From positions 2,080,001 to 2,144,000 of the forward strand of contig OY970208.1 in assembly GCA_963713865.1 (NCBI GenBank): a stretch of DNA of 64,000 nt, in the 5' to 3' direction. Positions 10,108 through 20,872 of the stretch are shown here, in pieces; position 1 is the stretch's first letter; each line of letters starts with the position of its first letter. The stretch comes from an uncultured candidate division Zixibacteria bacterium (GTDB lineage: Bacteria > Zixibacteria > MSB-5A5 > RBG-16-43-9). Made by a program: the position numbers and the translations under genes. Under the pieces are notes generated by a model. The model made no database searches. It had not been told where the DNA came from and saw only the letters and a list, made by a program, of their open reading frames with translations.

Positions 10108-11805
10108 TTACATCTTTTCCGGAGACTTTATCCCCAATAGACTCAAGCCTGACTTCATCACCGTCTGGATTGCTTTAACCAAAAGCATTCTGGCATCAGT
10201 TGAATCTGGGTTCTCGGTGATGATTCTTTCCTTTTGATAAAACCGGTTAAACAAAGAGGAGAGGTCCAACAGATAGGAACAGATTATAGCTGGTTCATAT
10301 TCTCTAATAGAGTGTTTTATCTTTCTGGGAAAATCTTCCAGCCTTTTGATAAGGATGTGTTCTTCTTCTGTGGACAGAAGATTGAAGTTTATCTTTTTAT
10401 CAATAGGTTGACTATATTTACGGATAAGACTGCAGACCCGAGCATAAGTATATTGCACATACGGACCGGTCTCTCCTTCAAAATTCAACACTTTGTCCCA
10501 GTCGAAATCGATATCCTTATTCCTGTGAGTAGAAAGATGTGCAAATATAACTGCCCCTATCCCAACATCGAAAGCGACTTTCTCTTTGTTCTCCAGCTCA
10601 GGATTTTTCTCCTGAATTATCTTAAGAGCCAAATCAATGGACCGGTTGAGCACGTCTTCTAAAAGAACGATATTCCCCTTGCGGGTTGACATCATCTTCT
10701 GTTTAAATTTCACCCAGCCGAAATCCACATGCACCAAATCAACAGCCCAGGGATAACCCATCAGCTCTAAAACCTTAAAAAGCTGCTGAAAATAGAGTTT
10801 CTGTGCACTCCCAACGATGTAGAGTGCTTTGTTGAAATGGTAATTTTCGTATCTATAAATAGCCGCACAAATATCCCGGGTAGCATACAGGCTGGCTTCG
10901 TCTTTCTTTTTTAAGAGACAGGGTGGAAAACCATACTTTTCTAAATTGACAATCAGGGCATCCTGACTTATTTCTGTCAATCCCATCTGGTTCATCTTCT
11001 CAATGGTCTTTTCAATAAACTGGTTATAGAAGCTCTCGCCAGCATAGGAATCAAAAGCGATGTCCAGCATCTTGTAGATTCGATTAAATTCTTCCAGACT
11101 GTAATCTTTAAACCTTTTCCACAAAGTTAAAGCCTCTTTATCACCACCCTCTAATTTTTTAAACCAAGCTCTGGCCTCCTCATCCAGTTCTGGATTTTTC
11201 TCAGCTTCACGATGAAATCTCACATACAGGTCGTAAAGTGTGGCAATCGGATCAGAGGAAAGCTCTTTATCCTCTCCCCATTTTTTATAAGCGGCAATAA
11301 CTTTTCCAAATTGAGTCCCCCAATCACCTAAATGATTTATCCTTATGACCTGGTATCCAGACTTTTTTAAGATATTATATAGAGCATTCCCGATTATGGT
11401 TGACCTCAGATGTCCAATGCCGAACGGTTTGGCTATATTGGGATGAGAATAATCCATCACTATGGTTTTCCCTTTTCCGAGAATATCCGAGCCATAATCT
11501 TCCCCTTTATCAAAGATATCTTGCAGAACGTATTCAGCGAATTTATGCCGGTTTACTTTAAAATTAATATAGGGACCAATAGGATAAATCTGTTCAATCA
11601 ACATCTTTGGTTTAAGCTCAGATGACAGCTTTAAAGCTATTTCCTGAGGTGCTTTTTTAAATTCTTTGCTTAAGATATGACAGGGAAAAGCATAATCCCC
11701 GAACTTTTCCTCCGGCGGAACTTCAATTAGAGATTCTATCTTTTCTGGAGGAAAGTCTATTTTATCTTTGAGTATCTTGATTATCTCTTCTACAAATTTA
11801 TTCAT
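10108..11805 (-). CDS. argS: Arginine--tRNA ligase
   Basis: FGDYA, DYSHPNIAKPFGIGHLRSTIIG (HIGH-like), HLGDWGTQFG, MSTRKG, GETGPYVQY. Confidence 0.97.
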   Translation of the reverse strand: MNKFVEEIIKILKDKIDFPPEKIESLIEVPPEEKFGDYAFPCHILSKEFKKAPQEIALKLSSELKPKMLIEQIYPIGPYINFKVNRHKFAEYVLQDIFDKGEDYGSDILGKGKTIVMDYSHPNIAKPFGIGHLRSTIIGNALYNILKKSGYQVIRINHLGDWGTQFGKVIAAYKKWGEDKELSSDPIATLYDLYVRFHREAEKNPELDEEARAWFKKLEGGDKEALTLWKRFKDYSLEEFNRIYKMLDIAFDSYAGESFYNQFIEKTIEKMNQMGLTEISQDALIVNLEKYGFPPCLLKKKDEASLYATRDICAAIYRYENYHFNKALYIVGSAQKLYFQQLFKVLELMGYPWAVDLVHVDFGWVKFKQKMMSTRKGNIVLLEDVLNRSIDLALKIIQEKNPELENKEKVAFDVGIGAVIFAHLSTHRNKDIDFDWDKVLNFEGETGPYVQYTYARVCSLIRKYSQPIDKKINFNLLSTEEEHILIKRLEDFPRKIKHSIREYEPAIICSYLLDLSSLFNRFYQKERIITENPDSTDARMLLVKAIQTVMKSGLSLLGIKSPEKM

Positions 11806-11903
11806 TATTTTGCTACTTGCAACAAGCTACATGCTACTTGTATTTTCTATAATTCATTTTTATTCTTTCAGCCACTTGCTTCCCGCTACTAACTCCCTGC
11901 TAA

Positions 11904-13212
11904 TCATTCATACTTAAAATCCGCTGGAACTTTTTGAACTGCCACTTCCGGAATTAAAGGCTTTACCTTCCCCAGGTCCCTGTCCTCCTTACTGGAGAAA
12001 AAGTAATAATACAAAATACTGGACACAATGTAAAGTCCTGCGGCGATTAAAAGTGGTAAGGTATATCCAAAAGATTGAATCAGCTTTCCACCTAAATTTG
12101 CGCTAATCCCCCAGGATAAAGTCCAGGCTAAAGCAGTCAGGCTATTGGTAAGAGGTCTCTCTTTTTCACTTACCTTCTCCATAGAGAAATTTGTTGTTAT
12201 CGGCTGGTTCATATTCATCAAAGCGCCCCTTAAAAGGAAAGCCATAACCGCTACAGGTAAAAAATAAGTAAAAGCTAAACAAAGCATAAAGGGGATAGAG
12301 ACAAGCTGAGTATAGACTACGCTTTTAATCATCCCGACTTTTTTGGATAAAACCGGCCCCAATAATATCCCGGCTAACATAAAAAATTGAAGAAGTGCAT
12401 AACAAATCCCGATGCTTTTTGCTGGCAGAAAAAATCTTTCCCGGAAATAAAGGTTTAAAAAAGGTATGATCAAACCAGCACCCAAACCCACAATGAAAAA
12501 AGGAAAACAGAGCTTTAAAAGCAAACCTCCCCTTTTTCTTAGAAGTTTCATATCCCAAACCAGGCCTTCATCCTTCTTATTGACGTTTTCTTCAGGTTTA
12601 ATCAGATAAAAAGGGATAACTCCTAATAAACCAAAAAAGACTGCCACGTATAACGAACTCCTGTATGCCCAGAACCTGATCGTGAAATATATTATTGAAC
12701 AGGCTGACCAGATAGCCTCCTCCCAGGCTTCCTATAATGGCAGCAAACATTGTCATCCCGAAATTCATACTGAAAAGGTAAGTCCTTTCTTTTTCAGTGC
12801 TGTTCTTCATAAAAAAGGGTGCAGCTGCAACTCTATAAGAAGCCACCATCATCCCCAGGATTAAGCTAACCCAGAGTAATCCTCTAAGTTCTAAAATCGT
12901 AGCCTGTAAAAAATAGAACATAGATGCTAAAAGCGTCGATAAGATTAACACTTTTCTTATTTGAAATTTTTGTAAAAGGTATGCGACCGGTAAGGTTATT
13001 ATCACCGCACCCCAGGCGTTCATCGACAAAATCTGACCGATAGCACTTTCCTTATAAGAAAGTTCCTTCATATAAAGATTAAACAAAAGCTGAAATCCTG
13101 CAAACGCCAGCCCCACAAAAAAAGCACCTACTAAGAAAAGTCTTGCATTCTTAGAGAATAACTTTAAATGATGGAGGTAAGTCCTTATGCCACTCAGGGG
13201 TTTATCATTCAT
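11904..13212 (-). pseudogene. MFS transporter split by a single-base insertion (or sequencing error) near 12668-12670
   Basis: Two overlapping ORFs carry the N- and C-halves of a 12-TM MFS; removing one G from CTGGGCATAC restores ...DQVLAYRSSLYVAVFFG... Confidence 0.75.
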
Positions 13213-13310
13213 CTTGTGCTACCTACTATGTTTCTCCATCTACCGATACAAGAAGAACAAAGTAGATGCAATTGGTAAAATCTTGTCTTGCTACAACTCC
13301 TTCATGCTCT

Positions 13311-14654
13311 CTACTGTGTCAAGTTCTCAAAGGTAAGGCTTTCAACATATTTTAGACCTGTATCTGTAAGTATCCACGCCTTTTTATTTTCTTTTTTCTC
13401 TTCAGCATCCATTATATAACCATCATGGATTAACTGAGAAATATACGGTCGAAAGTTTGTGGTTTTAGGTAACCTAGCCTGCACATAACATTTTTCGATA
13501 TCGCTCATATTGAAAGATGATTCATTCATAACCTTCTCGAGATAATATCCCAAAACCAATATCTTATCTCCGTGACTTTTTAGATTTTTTGTTTTCAGAA
13601 ATTCGGCTAACGATATTTTTCTACCTACTTCAGTCTGAGATTGAATTGGTGATGAAACAGCTTCTTCTTTTTGGGCCGATCCTATCTTAAGTTCGAAAAG
13701 CTCCTTAAACTTTTCTTCAACAAAAGTCTTGTCCCCCTGCACTTCGATTTCCAAATCACCTTTCTTGTATCTGAGCAAATAGTTAGTTTCCAACATTGTT
13801 GATCCTCCTTCTTTTATTGTATTGTAATCTTCGAATAGTTTTTCCAATAAATGTTTTACTTCAGGATAAACTTTACCAAAATCAGGTGGATTGCCAACTT
13901 GTCTTTGAAGGCCTTCTTTCCATTGATTTTTAATATCCAAAAACATTTGATCAATATTAGGTGGAATACCTGGATTAATTTTTCTATATAATGATTTCCT
14001 ATAATAAAAGTCTAAAACTATCTCTCTATCAATAAAATGTCTTAATTCTTTTAACAATCTCCATGTGTCATAAATATCTTTAGGCCAACACCTTTGATGA
14101 AAAATCGTTCTTATTTTTTCAGCAAGAATTTCTTCTATTGAATAAGTCGAAATGAAATAGTTCGCAGGCAAATCTTCATAAGGAGTTATCGCAAACTTAT
14201 AAATTGGTTTATCCATTAGCAGTTCATCATTTGTGATGTGGAGTAAGATAATAGGAAGATTCCCTGCTGTTTGCCTCCGAGGTCCCACATATTCAATTTT
14301 TATCTCAAATGACCACTCAGAATCTTTTTCCCCTGAAGGATTTATCTCTTTCTGTTTGAGTTTAATATCAGATTGCTCATTAACTTTTTTACACAATTCA
14401 GTAATTGCATCCTGTAATTTATCATATGCTACTTGTGTAATAGTCGTGAAATCCAAGTCTTCTGAGAAACGCCAATCAGTGAAATACATTTTATGAAGCG
14501 CAGTTCCCCCTTTAAAAACTAATTTATTTTTTAAATAACTGACCTGCGTAATCCCCCAGAGAATCCAATCAAGTATATAATCCTTTTCAACAATAGTATC
14601 CAATATGCCCTTTTCTGCGGAGATTTCTTTAATTTTCTCGTAATTTAACATCAT
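13311..14654 (-). CDS. AbiEii/AbiGii-family nucleotidyltransferase toxin (type IV TA) with a C-terminal extra domain of about 160 aa
   Basis: VEKDY, LVFKGGTALHK, RFSEDLDF, EEILAEKIR, KDIYD motifs; overlaps the upstream antitoxin stop by one base. Confidence 0.9.
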   Translation of the reverse strand: MMLNYEKIKEISAEKGILDTIVEKDYILDWILWGITQVSYLKNKLVFKGGTALHKMYFTDWRFSEDLDFTTITQVAYDKLQDAITELCKKVNEQSDIKLKQKEINPSGEKDSEWSFEIKIEYVGPRRQTAGNLPIILLHITNDELLMDKPIYKFAITPYEDLPANYFISTYSIEEILAEKIRTIFHQRCWPKDIYDTWRLLKELRHFIDREIVLDFYYRKSLYRKINPGIPPNIDQMFLDIKNQWKEGLQRQVGNPPDFGKVYPEVKHLLEKLFEDYNTIKEGGSTMLETNYLLRYKKGDLEIEVQGDKTFVEEKFKELFELKIGSAQKEEAVSSPIQSQTEVGRKISLAEFLKTKNLKSHGDKILVLGYYLEKVMNESSFNMSDIEKCYVQARLPKTTNFRPYISQLIHDGYIMDAEEKKENKKAWILTDTGLKYVESLTFENLTQ

Positions 14655-15490
14655 TATACTCTTTTAAACGAGAGGAGTTCTTCCTTTGCTGTATTCACCA
14701 GAATATTCCACTGAGAATTATATCTTCCTTTCTTGGGTAAAAGAGGATCTAACAACGAGAATCCCTTTTTAACTATCTCTTTCAAAGGTCTTATATTGAA
14801 TTTCTTATCCAATTCTAACAACTCAAGTAGAAAACCCAATCTTTTGGCAACAGCGGAATTTTTCATTTTCCGCACATAATCTAAAATCTTTATAAAATCC
14901 ACCCCATCACGTGCATTCCAGATTCCTTTTACCGCCTCGGAGATACCTCCACAATATTCTGGATGATCTAAACAATCTAGTAAAGTTTTTTCTTTATCAG
15001 ATACTGTAATAGAAACATTATCAATTTCAATTTGTGTTACCCCAAACATTTTCTCTGGAGTCGTTTTCACGAATTTATAATAAACGCCTAATAGTGAAAG
15101 AGTTTTCTTTCTTTTCGGGGAAGCCACAAAAATAGTATTAATCAGTTGTTCAGTATATCCATAGTAGTTAAGCATAGTCCAGAAACCGAGGTAATAAGGA
15201 TCGATCAATTTAGAAGCTATGAGGAATTGATTCTCTGTATATGGTTTAGTTGGGTCTGCAGATAGTGGAATTAAAAAATATTTCCCTCTTTCAATCCGTT
15301 TAAGCCATCCTTTCTTTACAAGATCATGAAGAAGTTTCTTGACTTGTTTACTATCAGTTCCAAGTATTTGAGCTGATTCTTCTAAAGAAAAAACGGTCCT
15401 CTTACTCTGTGTTAATTCACTTATCAATCGTGAGCTTACTGGACCTAAAATTTTATATAAATTTTTATCTTTTTTAATATTTTGCGTCAT
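14654..15490 (-). CDS. AbiEi-family antitoxin / transcriptional regulator (wHTH N-terminus)
   Basis: LHDLVKKGWLKRIERGKY wHTH; YLGFWTMLNYYG.TEQ; SDKEKTLLDCLDHPEYCGG; KRLGFLLE. Confidence 0.9.
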   Translation of the reverse strand: MTQNIKKDKNLYKILGPVSSRLISELTQSKRTVFSLEESAQILGTDSKQVKKLLHDLVKKGWLKRIERGKYFLIPLSADPTKPYTENQFLIASKLIDPYYLGFWTMLNYYGYTEQLINTIFVASPKRKKTLSLLGVYYKFVKTTPEKMFGVTQIEIDNVSITVSDKEKTLLDCLDHPEYCGGISEAVKGIWNARDGVDFIKILDYVRKMKNSAVAKRLGFLLELLELDKKFNIRPLKEIVKKGFSLLDPLLPKKGRYNSQWNILVNTAKEELLSFKRV

Positions 15491-15494
15491 TATA

Positions 15495-15511
15495 GTTACC
15501 TAATAAGTAAC
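15495..15511. promoter_or_regulatory. Imperfect inverted repeat, candidate AbiEi autoregulatory operator
   Basis: GTTAC-CTAATAA-GTAAC immediately upstream of the antitoxin start. Confidence 0.35.
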
Positions 15512-15620
15512 CTTTTTATCTCCTAATATAGTAATTAATAAATCTTTTACATGTTTGCAAGCTCTTTTTTGAAATATTTTCGCCCAACAATCTGAATTTT
15601 CTTATAGTTATAATTCATCT

Positions 15621-16487
15621 CTAATTCTTATACTCATAAATTCCCGCAAAAACTTCCTCCGTCGGTCCGATGACATAGATATGATTAGTCTTCTCATCCC
15701 AGCTTACTTTAAGACATCCTGCCTGGAAATAAGCCAAAACCTCTCTTTCCGTTTTATTATTCAAAACACAAGCAACCAGAGCAGAGGAAGCTCCGGTCCC
15801 GGATGCCATAGTCTCCCCTGCACTCCTTTCCCAGACCCTTAACTGTATTTTCTTTCGATTCAGGATTTTCACAAATTCCACATTAGTCTTCTCCGGAAAA
15901 ATCGGATGTTTTTCCACCAGAGATCCTATTTTCTGCCAATTAGGCTCTCCAGAATGGATCCATTCGGAAAAATCATTCACGAAGATAAGCGTATGAGGGT
16001 TACCCATAGAAACGCAGGTTATCTTCAAGCTTTTCCCATTCACTTTTATCTCTTCGTTAATACAGAACTTTCCCCTTCCATTAACCGGAATCTTTTTCCT
16101 TTCTAAAACCGGTTCACCCATATCGATCTTTATTATGAGATCACCTTCACTTTTGAGAAACTCCGCCCTGATGATTGGACCCTTAGTCTCTATCTCCACT
16201 TCTTTTTTCCTACACAAACCGTGTTCATACAAATAACGTGCAAAACATCTCACCCCATTCCCGCACATCTGGGCTGGTGTTCCATCTGGATTATAGAACT
16301 CCATCCTGAAAGGTGCCTTTCTACCTTTGCGGATAATAATTAAACCATCTCCCCCCACTCCGAAATGCCGATCTGTAATCTTTCTGGCTAAATCCCTTAA
16401 ATTCGAACCAGCCAGATTCTGTCTGAAGGAATCGACATAGATATAATCGTTCCCTAAAGCCTGAAGCTTGGTAAATTTTATTTTCAT
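15621..16487 (-). CDS. dapF: Diaminopimelate epimerase
   Basis: FTKLQALGNDY, RHFGVGGDG, MCGNG, VSMGNPH, NVEF, WERSAGETMASGTG. Confidence 0.95.
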   Translation of the reverse strand: MKIKFTKLQALGNDYIYVDSFRQNLAGSNLRDLARKITDRHFGVGGDGLIIIRKGRKAPFRMEFYNPDGTPAQMCGNGVRCFARYLYEHGLCRKKEVEIETKGPIIRAEFLKSEGDLIIKIDMGEPVLERKKIPVNGRGKFCINEEIKVNGKSLKITCVSMGNPHTLIFVNDFSEWIHSGEPNWQKIGSLVEKHPIFPEKTNVEFVKILNRKKIQLRVWERSAGETMASGTGASSALVACVLNNKTEREVLAYFQAGCLKVSWDEKTNHIYVIGPTEEVFAGIYEYKN

Positions 16488-16519
16488 ATTTTTGAAATTT
16501 GGAGTGTAAAGCTTTAGCT

Positions 16520-17167
16520 TTACCTCTTATTTTTTATAAGTTCTAATGAATTTTCCAAAACACCTTTAAACTCCCTTTCGGAAAGACCTGCGCCTAAACC
16601 GACTTTCCACAAAATCTCTTTTGTAAATAGTTCGGATGAGGAATGGGCATCAGTATTTATAACCAACTTAGCTCCAAATTTCCTGGCAAGTTTAGCCACA
16701 TAGCCATTGGTCAAAGAATGCCCCTTACGGGCTGAAAGTTCAAGATAAATCCCTCTCTTCTTGGCTAACTTAACCTCTTTCTCAGTTATCAAACCCGGGT
16801 GAGCTAAAATATCGATATCGCTTTCCAGTCCGGCTGAATTAGTTCCGGAAATCACCGGCTCAACCGGGGACTCGCCGTGAACCACGATAATCTTGGCTCC
16901 TAATTTACGGGCTAAACCAGCTAATTCCGGAATCTGCTGAGGAGGAACGTGAGTGATTTCAACCCCGGGCAGGACTTTTATCTTCATATATTTATTCAGG
17001 TCCTTGGAGACTTTTATCAGTTGAGCTAAAACCAGTGCCAGGTTACCAGAATCCACGTGATCGGTTATAGCCAGTGCTTTATAACCTGCCACATAAGCCC
17101 GGCGAGCAAGCTCAGCCGGTAATAACTCTCCGTCACTTAAAACCGAATGGGTGTGTAAATCTATCAT
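16520..17167 (-). CDS. PHP-domain protein (histidinol-phosphate phosphatase-like)
   Basis: DLHTHS..SDG, AITDH, ILAHPG, NTDAH. Confidence 0.88.
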   Translation of the reverse strand: MIDLHTHSVLSDGELLPAELARRAYVAGYKALAITDHVDSGNLALVLAQLIKVSKDLNKYMKIKVLPGVEITHVPPQQIPELAGLARKLGAKIIVVHGESPVEPVISGTNSAGLESDIDILAHPGLITEKEVKLAKKRGIYLELSARKGHSLTNGYVAKLARKFGAKLVINTDAHSSSELFTKEILWKVGLGAGLSEREFKGVLENSLELIKNKR

Positions 17168-17194
17168 CTTTACTCCTTTTTGTTACAGATTTAC

Positions 17195-17222
17195 AATCTA
17201 ATTTAATTTTAATATTTTGCAA
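17195..17222 (-). promoter_or_regulatory. Putative sigma70 promoter for PHP-dapF
   Basis: TTGCAA-N16-TAGATT. Confidence 0.45.
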
Positions 17223-17273
17223 ATAGTTTTTATTGTAAAAAGGCAGGACCATGTCATACTCCTACAGATTCTT

Positions 17274-17312
17274 AACCCTCTCCTTTCTAAGGAGAGGGTC
17301 AGGGTGAGGTTT
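17274..17312. repeat. Solo REP-like hairpin of the family that flanks the DUF559 gene
   Basis: ACCCTCTCCTT-TCT-AAGGAGAGGGT followed by CAGGGTGAGGTT; compare 59476-59511. Confidence 0.75.
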
Positions 17313-17445
17313 GATTTGTTAGTCAGACTTTAATTCGGGTAGCAGAGGTTTTTGACATCCACCAGGCTGCATCATCTCGACAAAAATGGGAGGTAAGACG
17401 CTTACCTCATCATTTTAACGGAAAATTCATTTATGATACCGGAAA

Positions 17446-17473
17446 TAAAAAAGGCAATCTTTAAAGATTGCCT
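17446..17473 (-). terminator. Intrinsic terminator ending the S10-spc-alpha transcript
   Basis: AGGCAATCTT/AAGATTGCCT stem followed by a T-run on the minus strand. Confidence 0.75.
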
Positions 17474-17500
17474 GAAAAGTTCTTTAATATTTTAAGGGTT

Positions 17501-17794
17501 TTAAATTTCTTCCCTCTCACCCTCGTAAAGATGTTCATCCGTCTCCCCTTCAATACCCTCATCCAACCCTTCCTCTTCTTCCTCCCACTCCTCTACTAAG
17601 GGAATCTCTTCCTCCGTCTCCTCCAGCTCTTCTGCGGGTAAAAGTTCATCTAAAAGCTTTTCGCTTTGCTCCACAATTTTATTCTTCTTCTCATCCGAGA
17701 CTTTAATACTTTTCTTGGCTGTTACTTTACTCTTCTTGGTATTTTTTGATTTTTTAACTTTTTTCGCTTCGCTTTTTTTCTTTTTCTTTTTCAT
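17501..17794 (-). CDS. Hypothetical low-complexity protein (Lys-rich N-terminus, Glu-rich C-terminus) overlapping the rplQ 3' end
   Basis: Open frame; ATG at 17794 preceded by GGGAG; lies between rplQ and the terminator. Confidence 0.55.
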   Translation of the reverse strand: MKKKKKKSEAKKVKKSKNTKKSKVTAKKSIKVSDEKKNKIVEQSEKLLDELLPAEELEETEEEIPLVEEWEEEEEGLDEGIEGETDEHLYEGEREEI

Positions 17795-18182
17795 CTTTCT
17801 CTCCCTTCTTCTTCTCAACCCGGGGTTTTTCCATTAAAAGCTGAACCACCGCCGTCTTCGCCCCATCCCCCTTACGGTATCCCAGCTTTAATACTTTGGT
17901 ATAACCGCCTTGATGATCTCTAAGCTTAGGAGTAATCTCATCAAAAAGCTTTTTAACTAATTTCCTATTTTTAAGTATCTTGAAAGCCAACCGTCGGGAA
18001 TTAAGATCCCCTCTTTTTCCCAGTGTAACCAGATAGTCGGTCCATCTTTTTACCTCGCGGGCTTTAGCCAGAGTTGTGCGGATCTGGATATGCTCTATAA
18101 TCGAAGTCGCCATATTCGAAAGCATCGCCTCTCTATGGCTTTTGTTACGACTTAATTTTTGAACCGCCTTTGCGTGTCTCAT
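17754..18182 (-). CDS. rplQ: 50S ribosomal protein L17
   Basis: MRH...LSRNKSHR.AML.N, TTLAKA, GGYT...GD.A; follows rpoA. Confidence 0.97.
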   Translation of the reverse strand: MRHAKAVQKLSRNKSHREAMLSNMATSIIEHIQIRTTLAKAREVKRWTDYLVTLGKRGDLNSRRLAFKILKNRKLVKKLFDEITPKLRDHQGGYTKVLKLGYRKGDGAKTAVVQLLMEKPRVEKKKGEKDEKEKEKKRSEKS

Positions 18183-18212
18183 TTTTCATCCTTTTATGAA
18201 AATATTCTCCAC

Positions 18213-19199
18213 TTATCCTTTCTTGATTGGTTCCTTATATTTCTCCACATCCATACCAAAAGAAAGACCTAATTTAGCCAGGATGTTAGTAAGCTCAGTC
18301 AATGACTTCCTGCCAAAATTTCTATATTTCAACATGTCTGATTCAGTCTTCTTTGCTAAGTCTTCCAGGGTTTGAATATTAGCCGCTCGCAGGCAGTTCG
18401 AGGATCTGACTGAAAGCTCCAGGTCATCCACTTTGGTCTTTAAAAGGTTTCTCGTCTTCAAAATTTCTTCATCTATTACATCTTCCAGAACCATCTCCAT
18501 AACTTCATCCTTTTTGATGAAAAGCTGTAGATGATCTTTCAGAAATTTAGAAGACAATGCCAGCGCATCCTCAGGTGTTATGCTCCCATCGGTCCAGACC
18601 TCTAAGAACAGCTTGTCGAAGTCCGTTCGCTGACCCACCCGGGTGTTCTCAACCCAGAAATTCACTTTGGTCACCGGTGAAAAGAGAGAATCCAGAAAGA
18701 TGGTACCAACCGGAGCCTCCGGCTTTTTATTCTGTTCCGCTGGAACATATCCTCTACCGCAACCAATATCTATCGTCATCTTAAATTTGAGCTCCTCTGT
18801 CAGGGAGACAATATGTTGTTCTGGATTAAGTATCTCTATCTCCGCATCAGTTTTTAGATCTCCCGCTTTGTAATCTCCCTTCTTCAAGACTTCTAAAGTA
18901 ATGGTCTTAGGTTCATCTCCGATCAACTTGAGCCTGATCAGTTTCAAATTCAGAACAATTTCCGTAACATCTTCATATACTCCAGGAATGGTAGAGAATT
19001 CGTGAAGAATCCCCTCGATTCTAAAAGAAGTCGGAGCTGCCCCTTGAATAGAAGAGAGCAGTGTTCTTCTCAAGGCATTTCCTATGGTCAATCCAAAACC
19101 TCTTTCCAGGGGCTCGATTATGAACTTTGCATAGTTGTCAGCAAAAGTACTTTGATCTATCACTATCTCTTTAGGCATCTGTATACTTTTTAATTTCAT
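18213..19199 (-). CDS. rpoA: RNA polymerase alpha subunit
   Basis: EPLERGFG.TIGNALRR.LLSS; LELSVRS.NCL; NFGRKSL. Confidence 0.99.
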   Translation of the reverse strand: MKLKSIQMPKEIVIDQSTFADNYAKFIIEPLERGFGLTIGNALRRTLLSSIQGAAPTSFRIEGILHEFSTIPGVYEDVTEIVLNLKLIRLKLIGDEPKTITLEVLKKGDYKAGDLKTDAEIEILNPEQHIVSLTEELKFKMTIDIGCGRGYVPAEQNKKPEAPVGTIFLDSLFSPVTKVNFWVENTRVGQRTDFDKLFLEVWTDGSITPEDALALSSKFLKDHLQLFIKKDEVMEMVLEDVIDEEILKTRNLLKTKVDDLELSVRSSNCLRAANIQTLEDLAKKTESDMLKYRNFGRKSLTELTNILAKLGLSFGMDVEKYKEPIKKG

Positions 19200-19268
19200 G
19201 CTCTTTTCTCCTCACCATCCGCTCAGAGGCGAAAAACGAAAAATAAATAAAAGTTAAATTATAAATTT

Positions 19269-19898
19269 TTATCTCGAATAATATTCTACTACTAACTGTT
19301 CCTGAACCATTACCGGGATATCTATTCGCTTGGGTATTTCCAAAAGCTCACCTTGTAGATGAGCCTTATCCAGCCTGAGCCAGGGAAATTCAGCACCCCG
19401 ACCTGTTTCTCTTAAAGCTGCATGAATGATATCTAAGTTTCGACTATTGTCATGCACAGAGATTATCTCACCAGGTTGAACTTGATATGAAGGGATATCC
19501 ACAATCCGGCTGTTAACCAGAAAATGCCTGTGACGCACCAGTTGTCGGGCAGATTTACGCGAAGGTGCAAAGCCCAATCGATAAACCAGATTATCCAGTC
19601 TGCATTCCAAAAGTTGCAGAAGCTTCTCTCCGGTTATACCTTTTTCCCTCTCAGCCTTATGAAAATAATTTCTGAACTGTTGTTCTAAAAGACCGTAAAT
19701 CCTTTTAAATTTCTGTTTTTCTCTCAAGCGTAATCCGTACTCTGAACCTTTACGTCGTGTTGATTGCCCATGCTCTCCCGGAGCATATCCTCTTTGGTCA
19801 AAGATACATTTATCACTTGAGCATTTAATCCCTTTAAGAAAAAGTTTTTCCCCTTCTCTTCTGCAGATTTTACAACTTGCTCCTATATATCTTGCCAT
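19269..19898 (-). CDS. rpsD: 30S ribosomal protein S4
   Basis: MARY.G..CK.CRREG.KLFLKG; LE.RLDN.VYR. Confidence 0.99.
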   Translation of the reverse strand: MARYIGASCKICRREGEKLFLKGIKCSSDKCIFDQRGYAPGEHGQSTRRKGSEYGLRLREKQKFKRIYGLLEQQFRNYFHKAEREKGITGEKLLQLLECRLDNLVYRLGFAPSRKSARQLVRHRHFLVNSRIVDIPSYQVQPGEIISVHDNSRNLDIIHAALRETGRGAEFPWLRLDKAHLQGELLEIPKRIDIPVMVQEQLVVEYYSR

Positions 19899-19951
19899 CT
19901 TCTCTCCTTCTATTACCTCTTGCCTATTGCCTAATGCCTGTTGTCTGCATT

Positions 19952-20347
19952 TTAGACCCTTCTTCTCTTAGGTGGTCTACATCCATTATGCGGAATAGGG
20001 GTAACGTCCCGGATAGATGTAACTTCTAAACCAGCAGACTGTAATGACCTTATAGCCGCCTCTCTTCCCGCACCTGGACCTTTAACCCAGACTTCTACTC
20101 TTTTAACTCCTGCCTCTAAGGCCTGTTTAGCTGTGGCTTCAGCCGCTATGCCGGCGGCAAAGGGAGTGCTTTTTTTCGAACCTTTAAAACCACTTTTGCC
20201 AGCAGAGCTCCAGACTATTACGTTCCCCTTGGTATCAGTTATGGTTACAATAGTGTTGTTGAAAGTTGCCTTGATATGAGCTACTCCGCTTGACTCAGCT
20301 TTTTTAAATTTTTTCTTGACGACTGGTTTTTTGACTTCTTCTGGCAC
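19952..20347 (-). CDS. rpsK: 30S ribosomal protein S11
   Basis: [34 protein letters not shown]. Confidence 0.99.
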   Translation of the reverse strand: MPEEVKKPVVKKKFKKAESSGVAHIKATFNNTIVTITDTKGNVIVWSSAGKSGFKGSKKSTPFAAGIAAEATAKQALEAGVKRVEVWVKGPGAGREAAIRSLQSAGLEVTSIRDVTPIPHNGCRPPKRRRV

Positions 20348-20369
20348 AGTTCTCTCCTGAAATTTAACT

Positions 20370-20771
20370 TTATTTATTAACCGGACCCGGACCTTTTTCG
20401 GCTGCCGCTTTTCTGGTTCCTACAGTCTTCTTAGGTCCCTTTCTGGTACGTGCATTGGTCTTGGTTCTTTGACCTCTAACTGGAAGGCCCCGGCGATGTC
20501 TTAAACCTCGATAACACCCGATATCCACTAATCTTTTGATATTCATCGCCACTTCCCCTCGCAGTGCACCCTCCACCTTATATTCAGACTCAATCACCGA
20601 CCTCAACTTGGCGATATCCTCCTCTGTAAGATTTTTAACCCTGGTATTCGGACTGACTTTGGTTTTTTCAATAATTTTTTTAGCTGAGGAAGGACCAATC
20701 CCGAAAATATAGGTCAAGCCTATCTCTATCCTTTTATCTTTGGGTAAATCCACACCCGCAATTCTTGCCAA
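20370..20771 (-). CDS. rpsM: 30S ribosomal protein S13
   Basis: [36 protein letters not shown]. Confidence 0.99.
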   Translation of the reverse strand: MARIAGVDLPKDKRIEIGLTYIFGIGPSSAKKIIEKTKVSPNTRVKNLTEEDIAKLRSVIESEYKVEGALRGEVAMNIKRLVDIGCYRGLRHRRGLPVRGQRTKTNARTRKGPKKTVGTRKAAAEKGPGPVNK

Positions 20772-20872
20772 CTCAAACCTCCTCTAAAAATCTTTTTTCA
20801 ATCAAGTTATATACTTCAAAAAAGTAATAAAAATTGATAAAATTAAAGTTGTTTCCCTCATAATAAAAATAA

